A DNA stretch of 64,000 bases from Veleropilina oligotropha. Lineage: Eukaryota. The stretch lies in the NCBI GenBank assembly GCA_048128005.1, contig JBEUKZ010000107.1:310001-374000 (forward strand). Direction: 5' to 3'. The notes beneath the pieces were generated by a model. The model made no database searches and was not told the origin of the DNA. It saw nothing but the letters and a program-made list of their open reading frames with translations. The stretch's first letter is position 1; each line of letters starts with the position of its first letter. Shown here piece by piece: positions 40,601-55,600 of the stretch. Made by a program: the position numbers and the translations under genes.

Positions 40601-43600
40601 GTGTCAGATATATATATATAGTACAAAAATTTCCTTCTGGATTTGGTATTATATATACCGGGGACATCTGTGTCGTCTCTTAATTTCTATTATGTATGCT
40701 TCTGGGAAGAATATGTAGTAGGGATTAATGTTGTGTGCATGGGAGACCCCTGAATCCCAATAATCGGTAGCATTGCAACAACGTTCAACAGTATTTCATG
40801 ACATCATGCCATTATCAATATTTAAGTCTTTATTAGTTTTTAATGGTAAACAATGACTTGGAAAGCATTACAAGTTTTTTCAAAGTACATATAATTTTTG
40901 AAGATCTTATGGCTGAGCTTGATATATGCATGCCACCTCCCTTGGGTTGACCGAGTGAGTAAGAGGTATTACATAGCCGTCCTGGACGAGTGGATTTCAC
41001 CACACTTTCCTCTTATTATAAAGATATATGCCTTGATACAAATACCCTACTAGTATCAAACAGAACAACAAGCTACATTCCAAACTAAACTTGTTTATTA
41101 GCTATTCAATATTGATTCAAGTTTATTTCGTTACAGAGGTGGTGTTTGCACCAATGGGAGACGACGATACGTTCTTGTTAAAGCCACTTCAGATGCTACA
41201 CACTGATGTGGTCAGCTTCGGCAAGCTGATCGTTCACGGTCCCATGGTTAAACCCTGCAATCCATTTGTCGCGCCACCCGTCCAAGTGACTACCACCACT
41301 GAGGCATATCGACCATTTATGCACAAACAGTATGAGGTATGCGCATGTAGTAGTTTAGATACACCATAGTCTATTAAATAAACATATTTCGTATGTGTTG
41401 TGAAAAGATTATTAACTTACTTCGAACAGGATAGTGAATAGTTTGTTTGGCGTTTCGACTACGCAGCTAGTAGTCTTGATCGCGTAATGATCTTGTTGGC
41501 CGCAGGGGGCACTCAGGTAGCAGGCTGTGGTAGATGGGGAGCAGCTGGTATGTCTGGTCACGGTTCATGGTTGGTTTGTGTTGGCGGATGTAGATGGCCT
41601 CCTTGACTTTGCGTTTGGTCCATGCAGTCAGGTTCACAGGTGAGGATTGAAGTGTTGCTTAGTGTTCTTGAAGTGAGTCGCCAGGGTACCAAGCGCCACT
41701 CAGTGTCACTAAGCTACACTTCAATTCTCACCAATGAACCTGACTGGACCAAACGCAAAGTCAAGGAGGCCATCTACATCCGCCAACACAAACCAACCAT
41801 GAACCGTGACCAGGCATACCAGCTGCCCGCCATCTACCACAAGATCATTATGTGATCAAGACTACTAGCTGATTAGTCAAAACGTCAAACCAACTCTTCA
41901 CTATCCTGTTCCAAAGAAAGTTAAAGATCTTTTCACAATGTCATCACTTGGAATCAATAACAATATCTTCTCAACTCTATTTCGTATGATTTTAGGTAAA
42001 TATGATGCTTCTCACTGATTTTAGGTCAAATGTTTCTGAAATATTAAATGTATTAATTGTATCCCCGAAATGTGGATAGTATGGTTTAGTCATCGTTCAG
42101 TCGCCTCTGCCGCCGCAGAGATGTCTTGTGTGCGCTCTACAGTGAAAGATTCTAATCCGATTTGATTCATATTTGATATGCACGTCAGTTATGATGAGGA
42201 CACGCCACCTAACGTCGTTTTCGGATCCAAGATGGCCGCCATCAGACTCAGTCACGGCATGGTCAGGGTGGTCAGACTCGGTCACGGCATGGTCAGACTC
42301 AGTCACGGCATGGTCAAGGTGGTCAGACTCGGTCACGGCATGGTCAGGGTGGTCAGACTCAGTCACAGCATGGTCAGGGTGGTCAGACTCGGTCAGGGTG
42401 GTCAGACTCGGTCACGGCATGGTTATGGTGGTCAGACTCAGTCACGGCATGGTCAGGGTGGTCAGACTCGGTCACGACATGGTCAGACTCAGTCACGGCA
42501 TGGTCAGGGTGGTCAGACTCAGTCACGGCGTGGTCAGACTCGGTCACGGCATGGTCAGGGTGGTCAGACTCGGGCACTGCATGGTCAGGCTGGTTTTTCC
42601 TGGCCTGACCAGCTTTCCTCCCACAATAATATGGACATGTCCTGGTATGAACGTGAAAGTTGTTAAAACAGGACATTACGCATCACTCCTCACTAAACCT
42701 TGATCCAATTAACCTGTACGCTTTCTTGCCACAGACCTACACCATGCCTCCATGGGGAGTTGGCCCAGCAGACACCATTCTGCGGGGGACCCCCATCCCT
42801 CCCCCGACTACCCCGCAGGTACTGGAGGAGATCACTAACGGCACATTTCCAGTGATCATTGGCGATGCGGACGATGATATGGTCGTATGTAAGTATCGTA
42901 TGAAGAAAGTCACACCATATATTGTTTTTATTTTCAAATTGTCTCTGACTGTCATGTATGCACATGCAATTTTGCCACAGAACTATTCTTATAGGATAAA
43001 GGATCACTGAGTGTTTGCATTTCATGTCGGCCACAGATTGATGTGAGGTAAGCATAGATTATACCATGAGGTGGGGTTGTCTAATTGAGGAAGCCCACAG
43101 TTAAACTATGAGGTGTGTAGCTTCCGAGTTATTTAACTGCACTGGTTTTCCATTACACAATAAAAACCGAATGATATAATTGACTAAATAAGAACATTGC
43201 AAAATGTAAACTCAATTAAAATATAATAATTATAATAGACTAATAAACTAGTAATGAGCTAAATTGCCAATTTTAATATTGTATGTAGTCATTTAGTCAT
43301 TGCCATTGAAACTTGGTGGTGGTTGTAGTAAGTTCTGTAGTAGGTGATCTAATGAATGTGGTGGTTGTAGTAAGTACTGTAGTAGGTGATCTAATGAATG
43401 TGGTGGTTGTAGTAAGTACTGTAGTAGGTGATCTAATGAATGTGGTGGTTGTAGTAAGTACTGTAGTAGGTGATCTAATGAATGTGGTGGTTGTAGTAAG
43501 TACTGTAGTAGGTGATCTAATGAATGTGGTGGTTGTAGTAAGTACTGTAGTAGGTGATCTAATGAATGTGGTGGTTGTAGTAAGTACTGTAGTAGGTGAT

Positions 43601-46600
43601 CTAATGAATGTGGTGGTTGTAGTAAGTACTGTAGTAGGTGATCTAATGAATGTTTCATTCAGGGTTCTCCCTGCATTGAAATTATAAAAGGAAAGGAAAT
43701 TAAAGGATCGATGCTTAATATCCTGTATAATTCCAACCATCATTTGGTTCAAAGCAGGACATGTCCATATTATCACGGAGGAAAGCCCGTTCGCCTGGAG
43801 AAACCCGCCCTCTCCGACCAGTTACGGACAACTGTTATTCATAACTTGAACAAATGGGTGCTGCCCCTGCCGAGGTTTGAACCCCCTACTGTTCGCGTCA
43901 GCGGATAAAGCCGGTGATTTTTCGGAGTCCACAACCGACACCACACAGCTGTCGAAGCGGCCCTGGATTGAAATTATAAGGCGGGGGAATTATGTATGCA
44001 TGCATATGTATAAATATTAATTATACGGCTTCTATGGGGTGAATATCTGGAATAGTGGTCATTTTTAAAAGGTGTGGAAAGATGGCAGGAAGGAGCCATA
44101 GGGTAGCGGGGAAGGGTCAATAGGTGGAAGACACGCCACCTTATAAGTGACCAGGGAGAACACTCATTCGTATTTTCAGTGCAGAAACTGTTCCATGAAT
44201 ATTGATGTTATGACCTGTTTTGCTATCAATCATTCCAGCGATTGCCATCTCACTGATTGTGGTGCTGTTTTGCTATCATTCCAGCGATTGCCATCTCACT
44301 GATTGTGGTGCTGTTTTGCTATCATTCCAGCGATTGCCATCTCACTGATTGTGGTGCTGTTTTGCTATCATTCCAGCGATTGCCATCTCACTGATTGTGG
44401 TGCTGTTTTGCTATCATTCCAGCGATTGCCATCTCACTGATTGTGGTGCTGTTTTGCTATCATTCCAGCGATTGCCATCTCACTGATTGTGGTGCTGTTT
44501 TGCTATCATTCCAGCGATTGCCATCTCACTGATTGTGGTGCTGTTTTGCTATCATTCCAGCGATTGCCATCACACTGATTGTGGTGCTGTTTTGCTATCA
44601 TTCCAGCGATTGCCATCACACTGATTGTGGTGCTGTTTTGCTATCATTCCAGCGATTGCCATCACTCTGATTGTGGTGCTGTTTTGCTATCATTCCAGCG
44701 ATTGCCATCACTCTGATTGTGGTGCTGTTTTGCTATCATTCCAGCGATTGCCATCACACTGATTGTGGTGCTGTTGGTGTTTGCTGTAATCATTGCTCTG
44801 TTGCTGATTCGATTACGCAAGAAGAGAGAGCGTCGAGCTTTGGCCATGAAAAAGTTGCACGGAAACGACGAATTGAAGCAGCCTCTGAACCATTACTCGT
44901 CATCGTCGATCAATCATCTGGCTTCGGTCGACGACTTCAGTATTGCTGGCTCGGGCCATGCCCGGTTTGCACATAATGGTAAGGATTATATATTATATTT
45001 ACTAGTATGATCATTTTAGTGAATATTTTCAATTGTGTCTGTCATGTTAATCAACAAAATCGGAGTTGATATGTCTACCTCCTTGAATTTCAGCACCCCG
45101 TGCTCCGCCCCCGGTGGAGCCGGTTCGTGTTCACGCAGACGCCTACAATAGGCTGAGCTACTCCAGCATTGTAAGTTATGTTTACTGCCATGCATGTTTA
45201 CAAGATTCGCTGGAAAAATGTATCCATGTTATAATATGTCGTCGAGTGATGTTGCGGTAAACACGGTGCATTGAATACCGCATGACGTTGAACCATGAGA
45301 CGCCAGCCAAGTTGTTTAAGGTTATAAGGTATTTAATTCACAGTGTTGACCAAGACGTTGGTCAATAACGTATTTTTCTTGCTTTATTATCCTAACCTGA
45401 AAGATCAACCTCCTACCTTGGATCATAACATTGCTGTTATTTATAATCATAACCGTGATGTATAGGCATTCAAAATGGCAGACGACGACTTCAGTAACGC
45501 CTACTCAAGGTTTTTCACATGGGAACATTTTGATTGGCAGTTGACGTCAGCCACAGTATAAGCTTTTGTATACCACGCCATGGTGGGGTTTATCATCAGT
45601 TAATAAAACGGCGTCAGCCAATCAGAAGAAATGAATCGCTGCAAAAGCAAGATAATATCCATTCATCAACATGATTTGTGGTCATTGATCTAGTGGATAA
45701 GATCGCGGATTCTAATCCATTCACTTGACTGCTCTGATTAACAGGAGCGGGTTCGAATCCTCGGCTAGGCACTTTGTTCAATTAACAGATGCAGTTGTCC
45801 ATAATTGAACAGTGCATGCAGGTTGTATCGGGCTACGTGGATTTCCTCCAAAGACATGCCACGATATCATCATGAATGATCTTCAGATGACAGATTAATC
45901 AATATGCATCAATTCACTTCAAACTCCATTCTGCTAGTGTTTTCTATTTGAAACCTTCTTGGGATGATTAATATTATTTAATATACAAACTTGCAGTAAA
46001 TTTTTATTAATGTATTCAACTTTATTATCTTCTTTTCATCATTTTCAGCCAATGATAGATGAAGATCCTAGTTTTTTTGCAAATGCACCTTTTATAAAAA
46101 GAAAAAATAGACCTGCGTCCTCTATATCGGAAGTCCTAGAAGAAATGGAGCGACAAAGGAAGGCAAAGGGTAGGGAGATTATATATATATGTAAAGGCAA
46201 AGGGTAGGGAGATGGATTATATCATAAATATCATCTTGATTCATCCCTCCATCACGTGACTTATTTGAGTAACAACATTCTAGTATTACGATGCGTACCG
46301 GTACTGTACTCGACAGCGACAGTTTGACAGCCAAAATCATCAAGTTAGAGATAGTTAATAACACCGGATATCATCCGATACACTCCAGATATCATCGGAT
46401 ACCCGCTGGATATCACCGGATACCCTCTGAATATCACCGGATATTGAACGGATGCCCACGGATATCAAACGGATATGCTAAGTGCAGGTATAAAAGGCAG
46501 CACAGTTCCAAAAACTCAACCCTCTGATGAAGACCTCTGAAGAGGTCGAAACCGGTCAGCCCGATTTTGTATTGCAGAGTATCCACCCGTATCAGAGTAT

Positions 46601-49600
46601 CCACCCATATCTAGTTAATCATTTGTATTGCAGAGTATCCACCCATATCTAGTATCCACCCGTATCAGAGTATCCACCCATATCTAGTATCCACCCGTAT
46701 CAGAGTATCCACCCATATCTAGTTAATCATTTGTATTGCAGAGTATCCACCCGTATCTAGTATCCACCCGTATCAGAGTATCCACCCATATCTAGTTAAT
46801 CATTTGTATTGCAGAGTATCCACCCATATCTAGTATCCACCCATATCTAGTATCCACCCGTATCTAGTTAATCATTTGTATTGCAGAGTATCCACCCATA
46901 TCTAGTATCCACCCGTATCTAGTCAATCATTTGTATTGCAGAGTATCCACCCGTATCTAGTATCCACCCGTATCTAGTATCCACCCATATCAGAGTATCC
47001 ACCCATATCTAGTATCCACCCATATCTAGTATCCACCCGTATCTAGTATCCACCCGTATCAGAGTATCCACCCATATCTAGTATCCACCCGTATCTAGTA
47101 TCCACCCATAGCAGAGTATCCACCCATATCTAGTATCCACCCGTATCTAGTATCCACCCATATCAGAGTATCCACCCATATCTAGTATCCACCCGTATCA
47201 GAGTATCCACCCATATCTAGTATCCACCCGTATCTTGTCAATCATTTGTATTGCAGAATATCCACCCGTATCTAGTATCCACCCATATCTAGTATCCACC
47301 CATACCCGAGTATCCACCCGCATCTAGTATCCACCCATATCAGAGTATCCACACATATCTGATATCCACCCGTATCAGAGTATCCACCCATAGCAGAGTA
47401 TCCACCCATATCTAGTATCCACCCATAGCAGAGTATCCACCCATATCTAGTATCCACCTGTATCAGAGTATCCACCCATATCAGAGTATCCACCCGTATC
47501 TAGTATCCACCCATATCAGAGTATCCACCCATATCTAGTTAATCATTTGTATTGCAGAGTATCCACCCATATCTAGTATCCACCCGTATCTAGTTAATCA
47601 TTTGTATTGCAGAGTATCCACCCATATCTAGTATCCACCCATATCAGAGTATCCACCCATATCTAGTTAATCATTTGTATTGCAGAGTATCCACCCATAT
47701 CTAGTATCCACCCGTATCCAGTTAATCATTTGTATTGCAGAGTATCCACCCGTATCTAGTATCCACCCGTATCTAGTATCCACCCATATCAGAGTATCCA
47801 CCCATATCTAGTATCCACCCATATCTAGTATCCACCCATATCAGAGTATCCACCCATATCTAGTATCCACCCGTATCTAGTATCCACCCATATCTAGTAT
47901 CCACCCGTATCAGTGTATCCACCCGTATCTAGTATACACCTGTATCACAGTATCCACCCATATCAGAGTATCCACCCATATCTAGTATCCACCCATATCA
48001 GAGTATCCACCCATATCTAGTATCCACCCATATCTAGTATCCACCCGTATCAGTGTATCCACCCGTATCTAGTATACACCTGTATCACAGTATCCACCCG
48101 TATCTAGTATACACCTGTATCACAGTATCCACCCGTATCTAGTATACACCTGTATCACAGTATCCACCCATATCTAGTATCCACCCATAGCAGAGTATCC
48201 ACCCTTATCTAGTATCCACCCGTATCATAGTATCCACCCATATCAGAGTATCCACCCATATCTAGTATCCACCCGTATCTAGTTAATCATTTGTATTGCA
48301 GAGTATCCACCCATATCTAGTATCCACCCATATCAGAGTATCCACCCATATCTAGTTAATCATTTGTATTGCAGAGTATCCACCCATATCTAGTATCCAC
48401 CCGTATCTAGTTAATCATTTGTATTGCAGAGTATCCACCCGTATCTAGTATCCACCCATATCTAGTATCCACCCATATCAGAGTATCCACCCATATCTAG
48501 TATCCACCCATATCTACTATCCACCCATATCAGAGTATCCACCCATATCTAGTATCCACCCGTATCTAGTATCCACCCATATCTAGTATCCACCCGTATC
48601 AGTGTATCCACCCGTATCTAGTATACACCTGTATCACAGTATCCACCCATATCAGAGTATCCACCCATATCTAGTATCCACCCATATCAGAGTATCCACC
48701 CGTATCTAGTATCCACCCGTATCAGTGTATCCACCCGTATCTAGTATACACCTGTATCACAGTATCCACCCGTATCTAGTATACACCTGTATCACAGTAT
48801 CCACCCGTATCTAGTATACACCTGTATCACAGTATCCACCCATATCTAGTATCCACCCATATCTAGTATCCACCCATAGCAGAGTATCCACCCTTATCTA
48901 GTATCCACCCGTATCATAGTATCCACCCATATCAGAGTATCCACCCATATCTAGTATACACCCATATCTAGTATCCACCCTTATCTAGTATCCACCCATA
49001 TCTAGTATCCACCTGTATCAGACTATCCACCCGTATCAGTGTATCCACCCATATCAGAGTATTCACCCGTATCTAGTATCCACCCGTATCAGAGTATCCA
49101 CCCGTATCTAGTGAATCATTTGTGATCAACATTAACATTATGCACAGCATGAAAGCATAATTTATTCAATATTTCAATTGCTGAAAGTAACAGCAAGTAT
49201 TGTCAGATGGTATGCATGTATTTATCCAGTCATGCAAATGTATCGTACACAATGGATACTTTTATGACGTGTTATTTATTGAAATGATGCTGTAACAGTT
49301 GTAATTATGTTGCGGATTCTACCGATTTGAGGACTTCCTCATTATGATGGGTGTTAAAATGGATATTAAGCATCCAGCAGTCAGCATATTAATATCAAAA
49401 CTCAGTTGTATAAGTTGGGTACAGTTAATCGAGAACTGACTGTCAGTGTCATTTGTGAAGGGACCATGCATTGACATTGCACCATGCATTGATATTGTCG
49501 CTAAATGTTAATTTATTCACCACATCTGTGATTCCTGTTTATGCTTTGTTTTAGAATTAGGCGTGGATCCTGACACGTACGATTCTCCAATAAGTTCTGG

Positions 49601-52600
49601 ATCGGGCCTCGTTGCCCATGGCGACGGGGAGATGGATTGGGATCCACAAGCTGACAAAACACCGCTCTCATGTGTAGGCGTAATCCTTAACATGTTCAAT
49701 GTCTCTGAATTTATTTTATTTGACCTTCAATTCATTTTCTTGCCTGCTCTGTCAAACCAGGAAGGGGTTCGAATCATCATCGGAGTTCACTTATCAGTCG
49801 CAGTCAACCGCCGAGGGGGGTTTCCCCTTTGTTCTCCTGCATCGATCCAATTGAAAGCTTCCCTAATCTGAATTAATTTGCTTCATTTGACATCACTTTT
49901 GTTATTAATGTACACTCTTTGAACTGCCCCATGCTTCAATCCCATAAAATGTTCACCAAATGCTATCATATATGTTTGCACTCACTCCACACAACACCCA
50001 CTCATCAGTATAATTCATCTAGTATATACGTGTTATATAAGCACTAGTTAAATGTCGTACCACCTAGTAGATACGTGTTATATATGCACTAGTTAATGAC
50101 GTACCACATTTTGTTTCACTGATCCACTAGTGCATGATGCATGTGTTATTGTGGCAAGTGCACGTTTGATATAAACTGATATGGGATTGAATTTCTAACT
50201 TGTTCGTCTACAAATATGGGATTTGTACAGTCAATTTTATGATATTTCAGTACTCTTTGATTTGTCAATAAGTTTAAACTAAATAATGATATTAAAGTAT
50301 AAAGTAAACGAGTTGCCATAGCGCTGAACCACAACCAAAGAAACTTAAATTAGTTGGGGTAGGGGGTTTGCCTTGAATGACAACAGTGAACACATTGTCA
50401 AGTCATTTCATCTTGGATGATCTCAATTAGGGATGAACACATTGTCAATTCATTTCATCTTGGATGATCTCAATTAGGGGTGAAAATGTTGACTTGATCA
50501 GTTAAAAACATTTCATCCATCAAACCATCTGATAACATTTTATTAAAAGTTTTATTTAAAGCTACATTTTATGCTATACATTCTTCTGACAAGCGTGTAC
50601 TTTTCTAAAACTAGTGAGATTATTTCCTGAATAGTTTTATGGTCTTATTTTATTTCTATTTCAGCAACGCTATTATTATCCCCCGCAAAAATAATTTTGC
50701 GGGGATATTAAAAAGCAGACCGTCCGTGTGTCCGTCCGTCCATGCAAATTATCTTTTCCGGAGCATATCTCATACACCACTCGACATACCTTTATGTAAC
50801 TTGCTGGGTGTATTAAGTAATCGGTGAACTGGTGCCTTTTGCTAGTTTCGACGTTGTGTCGCTATTATTGACAGAGTTATCGCCCTTATTTTAAATTCGT
50901 TAATGTCATCTTTTCCGGAGCGTAGCTCAACACCACTCGACATAACTTTACAAAACTTGCTGGATGTATTAAGCAGTCGGTGAACTGGTGCCTTTTGCTA
51001 GTTTTGACGTTGTGCGGCGATCATTAACAGAGTTATTGCCCTTGTTGTAAATTCGTTAAAATGATATCTTTTCAGGAGCGTATCTCATACACCGCTCGAC
51101 ATAGCTTTGCGAAACTTGCTGCATGTATTAAATAGTCTGTGAACTGGTGCCTTTTGCTTCTTTCGACGTTGTGCGGCGATCATTAACAGAGTTATTGCCC
51201 TTGTTGTTAATTCGTTAATGGTAATCTTTTCCGTAGTGTATATCATACACCGCTCAACATAACTTTACGAAACTTGCTGAGTGTGTTAAGTAGTTGGTGA
51301 ACTGGTGCCTTTCGCTAGTTTCGGGGTTGTGTGGCGATTATTAATAAAGTTATTGCCCTTGATGTAAATTTGTTAATGTTCTCCTTTCCGAAGCGTATCT
51401 CATAAACCGCTCGGCATAACTTTATTCAATTTGGTGGGTGTATTAAGCAATTGCTGATATTGTGCCTTTTGCTAATTTTGATGTTGTACGGCAAGTATTA
51501 ACAGAGTTATTGCCCTTGCGTTAATTTTTTGTTATTCCTGACTAGATCTCATAAAGTGCTTGACTTCTCATTATGGAACTTGGTGGGTGTATTCAGTAGT
51601 TGATTAACTGGTGCCTTCTCATAATTTTGACATTGTGTAATGATTAATGACAGAGTTATTGCCCTTGTTATCAGTTAAACCAACGATATTGCGCTTATCC
51701 CATTGTAGTTTCAATAACATACAACATATAGTAATTGTGAATGTACCATTGTGGGGGATATTGATGGCTCTCTCTTCTTGTTATTACTGTTTTTATTTTG
51801 ATCTTTGTTGTGAATTATTTTTTTACTAGCGAATGGCTGAATGAGTTTATTTTGTTTGCTTGTCTCGTATAGCCTGTGGTTTGATTTGTCTATTTTAGGA
51901 TGTTAATTTGCTTCATACTAAATCATTGAGTATTCCTGATGAGCGCGATGAGGAATTCCTCCATTCCAATAGCTCCTTTGCGAGCAGTGAGGTTTGTATG
52001 TGGCAGCTGACCACTATCCCGCGTTCTAGCTTGTTATTATGTTGCTTATCGATGTTGTATGTTAGTTCTCATCCCTATTATTCACCAACAGCTAGCAACT
52101 GTAGCGGCTTTGAATAATTCCCATTCCTGGTCTTGATATATTTCCTGCATATACAATTGGCGCACCACATTCTTTGAAAGAAATGTCTCTATCAATGGCA
52201 AGCATGGTACCATATAGCTAAATGCTTTACGTCTTCTTAATAAAAATGTGCCATTCATATGTTCTCATTTATTACCACTTGATGCATTTTTCAAAAAGTA
52301 TAGATTCAAATTCATTAGAAATATTTCAATGATCACATTCACTCTGCTGTGTTGAACTTTGCACTAAAGGCCACCATGTTACAAAGTGCTTATACTAGAT
52401 ACAGATGAAGGATATATTCTTCTCAATATCCAAATATCGGAACAACAATTATTATACTTATTATATCCTGCAAACTTTTCTACTAATTTATTACGAATTC
52501 TAAGAGAATCATAGAGTGTAACGTGCACTAACATTAATAAAATGATGCAATATATTGTAAATTTAAGCTGAAGTAATTCATTGTGGTAGAAGCGACTGCA

Positions 52601-55600
52601 TTGAATATTGCATGACGCTGTTGCCTCGTGATTCAACGTCATAATGATTTCAATGCACCGTGTATACCAAGATGGTGCTCGACACGGATTTCAATGCACC
52701 GTGTATACCAAGATGCTGCTCGACACGGATTTCAATGCACCGTGTATACCAAGATGCTGCTCGACACGGATTTCAATGCACCGTGTATACCAAGATGCTG
52801 CTCGACACGGATTTCAATGCACCGTGTATACCTAGATGCTGCTCGACACGGATTTCAATGCACCGTGTATACCTAGATGCTGCTCGACACGGATTTCAAT
52901 GCACCGTGTATACCAAGATTCTGCTCCATACGGATTTCAATGCACCATGTATACCAAAATGCTGCTCGACACGGATTTCAATGCACCGTGTATAAGATGC
53001 GGCTCGACACGGATTTCAATGCACCGTGTATACCAAGATGCTGCTCGACACGGATTTCAATACACCGTGTAAACCAAGATGCTGCTCGACACGGATTTCA
53101 ATGCACCGTGTATACCAAGATGCGGCTCGACACGGATTTCAATGCACCGTGTACACCAAGATGCTGCTCGACACGGATTTCAATGCACCGTGTACACCAA
53201 GATGCTGCTGGACATGGATTTCAATGCACCGTGTATAAGATGCTGCTCGACACGGATTTCAATGCACCGTGTATACCAAGATGCTGCTCGACACGGATTT
53301 CAATGCACCGCGTTTACCAAGATGCGGCTCGACACGGATTTCAATGCACCATGTATAAGATGCTGCTCGACACGGATTTCAATGCACCGTGTATACCAAG
53401 ATGCTGCTCGACACGGATTTTAATGCATCGTGTATACCTAGATGCTGCTCGACACGGATTTCAATGCATCGTGTATACCTAGATGCTGCTCGACACGGAT
53501 TTCAATGCATCGTGTATACCTAGATGCTGCTCGACACGGATTTCAATGCACCGTGTATACCAAGATGCTGCTCGACACGGATTTCAATGCACCGCGTTTA
53601 CCAAGATGCGGCTCGACACGGATTTCAATGCACCATGTATAAGATGCTGCTCGACACGGATTTCAATGCACCGTGTATACCAAGATGCTGCTCGACACGG
53701 ATTTCAATGCATCGTGTATACCTGGATGCTGCTCGACACGGATTTCAATGCACCGTGTATACCAAGATGCTGCTCGACACGGATTTCAATGCACCGTGTA
53801 TACGAAGATGCTGCTCGACATGGATTTCAATGCACCGTGTATACCAAGATGCTGCTCGACACTGATTTCAATACACCGTGTATACGAAGATGCTGCTCGA
53901 CACGGATTTCAATGCACCGTGTATACCAAGATGCTGCTTGACACGGATTTCAATGCACCGTGTACACCAAGATGCTTCTCGACACGGATTTCAATGCACC
54001 GTGTACACCAAGATGCTGCTCGACACAGATTTCAATGCATCGTGTATACCTAGATGCTGCTCGACACGGATTTCAATGCACCGTGTATACCAAGATGCTG
54101 CTCGACACGGATTTCAATGCATCGTGTATACCTAGATGCTGCTCGACACGGATTTCAATGCACCGTGTATACCAAGATGCGGCTCGACACGGATTTCAAT
54201 GCACCGTTTACACCAAGATGCTGCTCGACACGGATTTTAATGCACCGTGTACACCAAGATGCTGCTCGACACGGATTTCAATGCACCGTGTATACCAAGA
54301 TGCGGCTCGACACGGATTTCAATGCACCGTGTACACCAAGATGCTTCTCGACACGGATTTCAATGCACCATGTACACCAAGATGCTGCTCGACACGGATT
54401 TCAATGCACCGTGTACACCAAGATGCGGCTCGACATGGATTTCAATGCACCGTGAACACCAAGATGCGGCTCGACACGGATTTCAATGCACCGTTTACAC
54501 CAAGATGCGGCTCGACACGGATTTCAATGCACCGCGTTTACCAAGATGCGGCTCGGCAACATGTTTATCTTGCTTTCTGTTATTTCTAACGTGGCTGAAC
54601 TTGCTCCTAATCAAAGCAGCTATAAATATGATCAAAGCAAAATTCTTGCAATTATTACATAAAATGCAAGAACATAGCCTATATATTTAATAAATAATTA
54701 ACAGATTTAATTTTGAAAAAGAAATTATAAAATATAATATTTAACAGTTAATTTGAATAAACATTTGATAATAAATTTGGGTTATCTCCCGTTGCGGTAC
54801 ACGGAGCGATAGAGACTGCAGTTATCAGTATTAGATTTGAAAAGTCACATAGACTAATGGGCTTGAAGGTCACTTATACTATATGGGTTTGAAGGTCACG
54901 TAGACTATATGGGCATGAAGGTCACATAGACTATATGGGCTTGAAGGTCACGTAGACTATATGGGCTAGAAGGTCACATAGACTATATTGGCGTGAAGGT
55001 CACATAGACTATATGGGCTTGAAGGTCACATAGACTATATGGGCTTGAAGGTCACATAGACTATATGGGCTTGAAGGTCACATAGACTATTTGGGCTTGA
55101 AGGTCACATAGACTATATGGGCTTGAAGGTCACATAGACTATATGGGCTTGAAGGTCACATAGACTATATGGGCTTGAAGGTCACATAGACTATATTGGA
55201 TTGAAGGTCACATAGACTATATGGGCTTGAAGGTCACAGACTATATGGGCTTGAAGGTCACGTAGACTATATGGGCTTGAAGGTCACGTAGACTATATGG
55301 GCTTGAAGGTCACATAGACTATATGGGCTTGAAGGTCACGAAGACTATATGGGCTTGAAGGTCACGTAGACTATACGGGCTTGAAGGTCACATAGACTAT
55401 ATGGGCTTGAAGGTCACATAGACTATATGGGCTTGAAGGTCACGTAGACTATATGGGCTTGAAGGTCACGTAGACTATATGGGCTTGAAGGTCACGTAGA
55501 CTATATGGGCTTGAAGGTCACATAGACTATATGGGCTTGAAGGTCACATAGACTATATGGGCTTGAAGGTCACATAGACTATATGGGCTTAAAGGTCACA

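Noticed and set aside
45680..45770. tRNA gene
   Set aside because: A/B-box-like motifs but no cloverleaf; continues into a SINE-like core.
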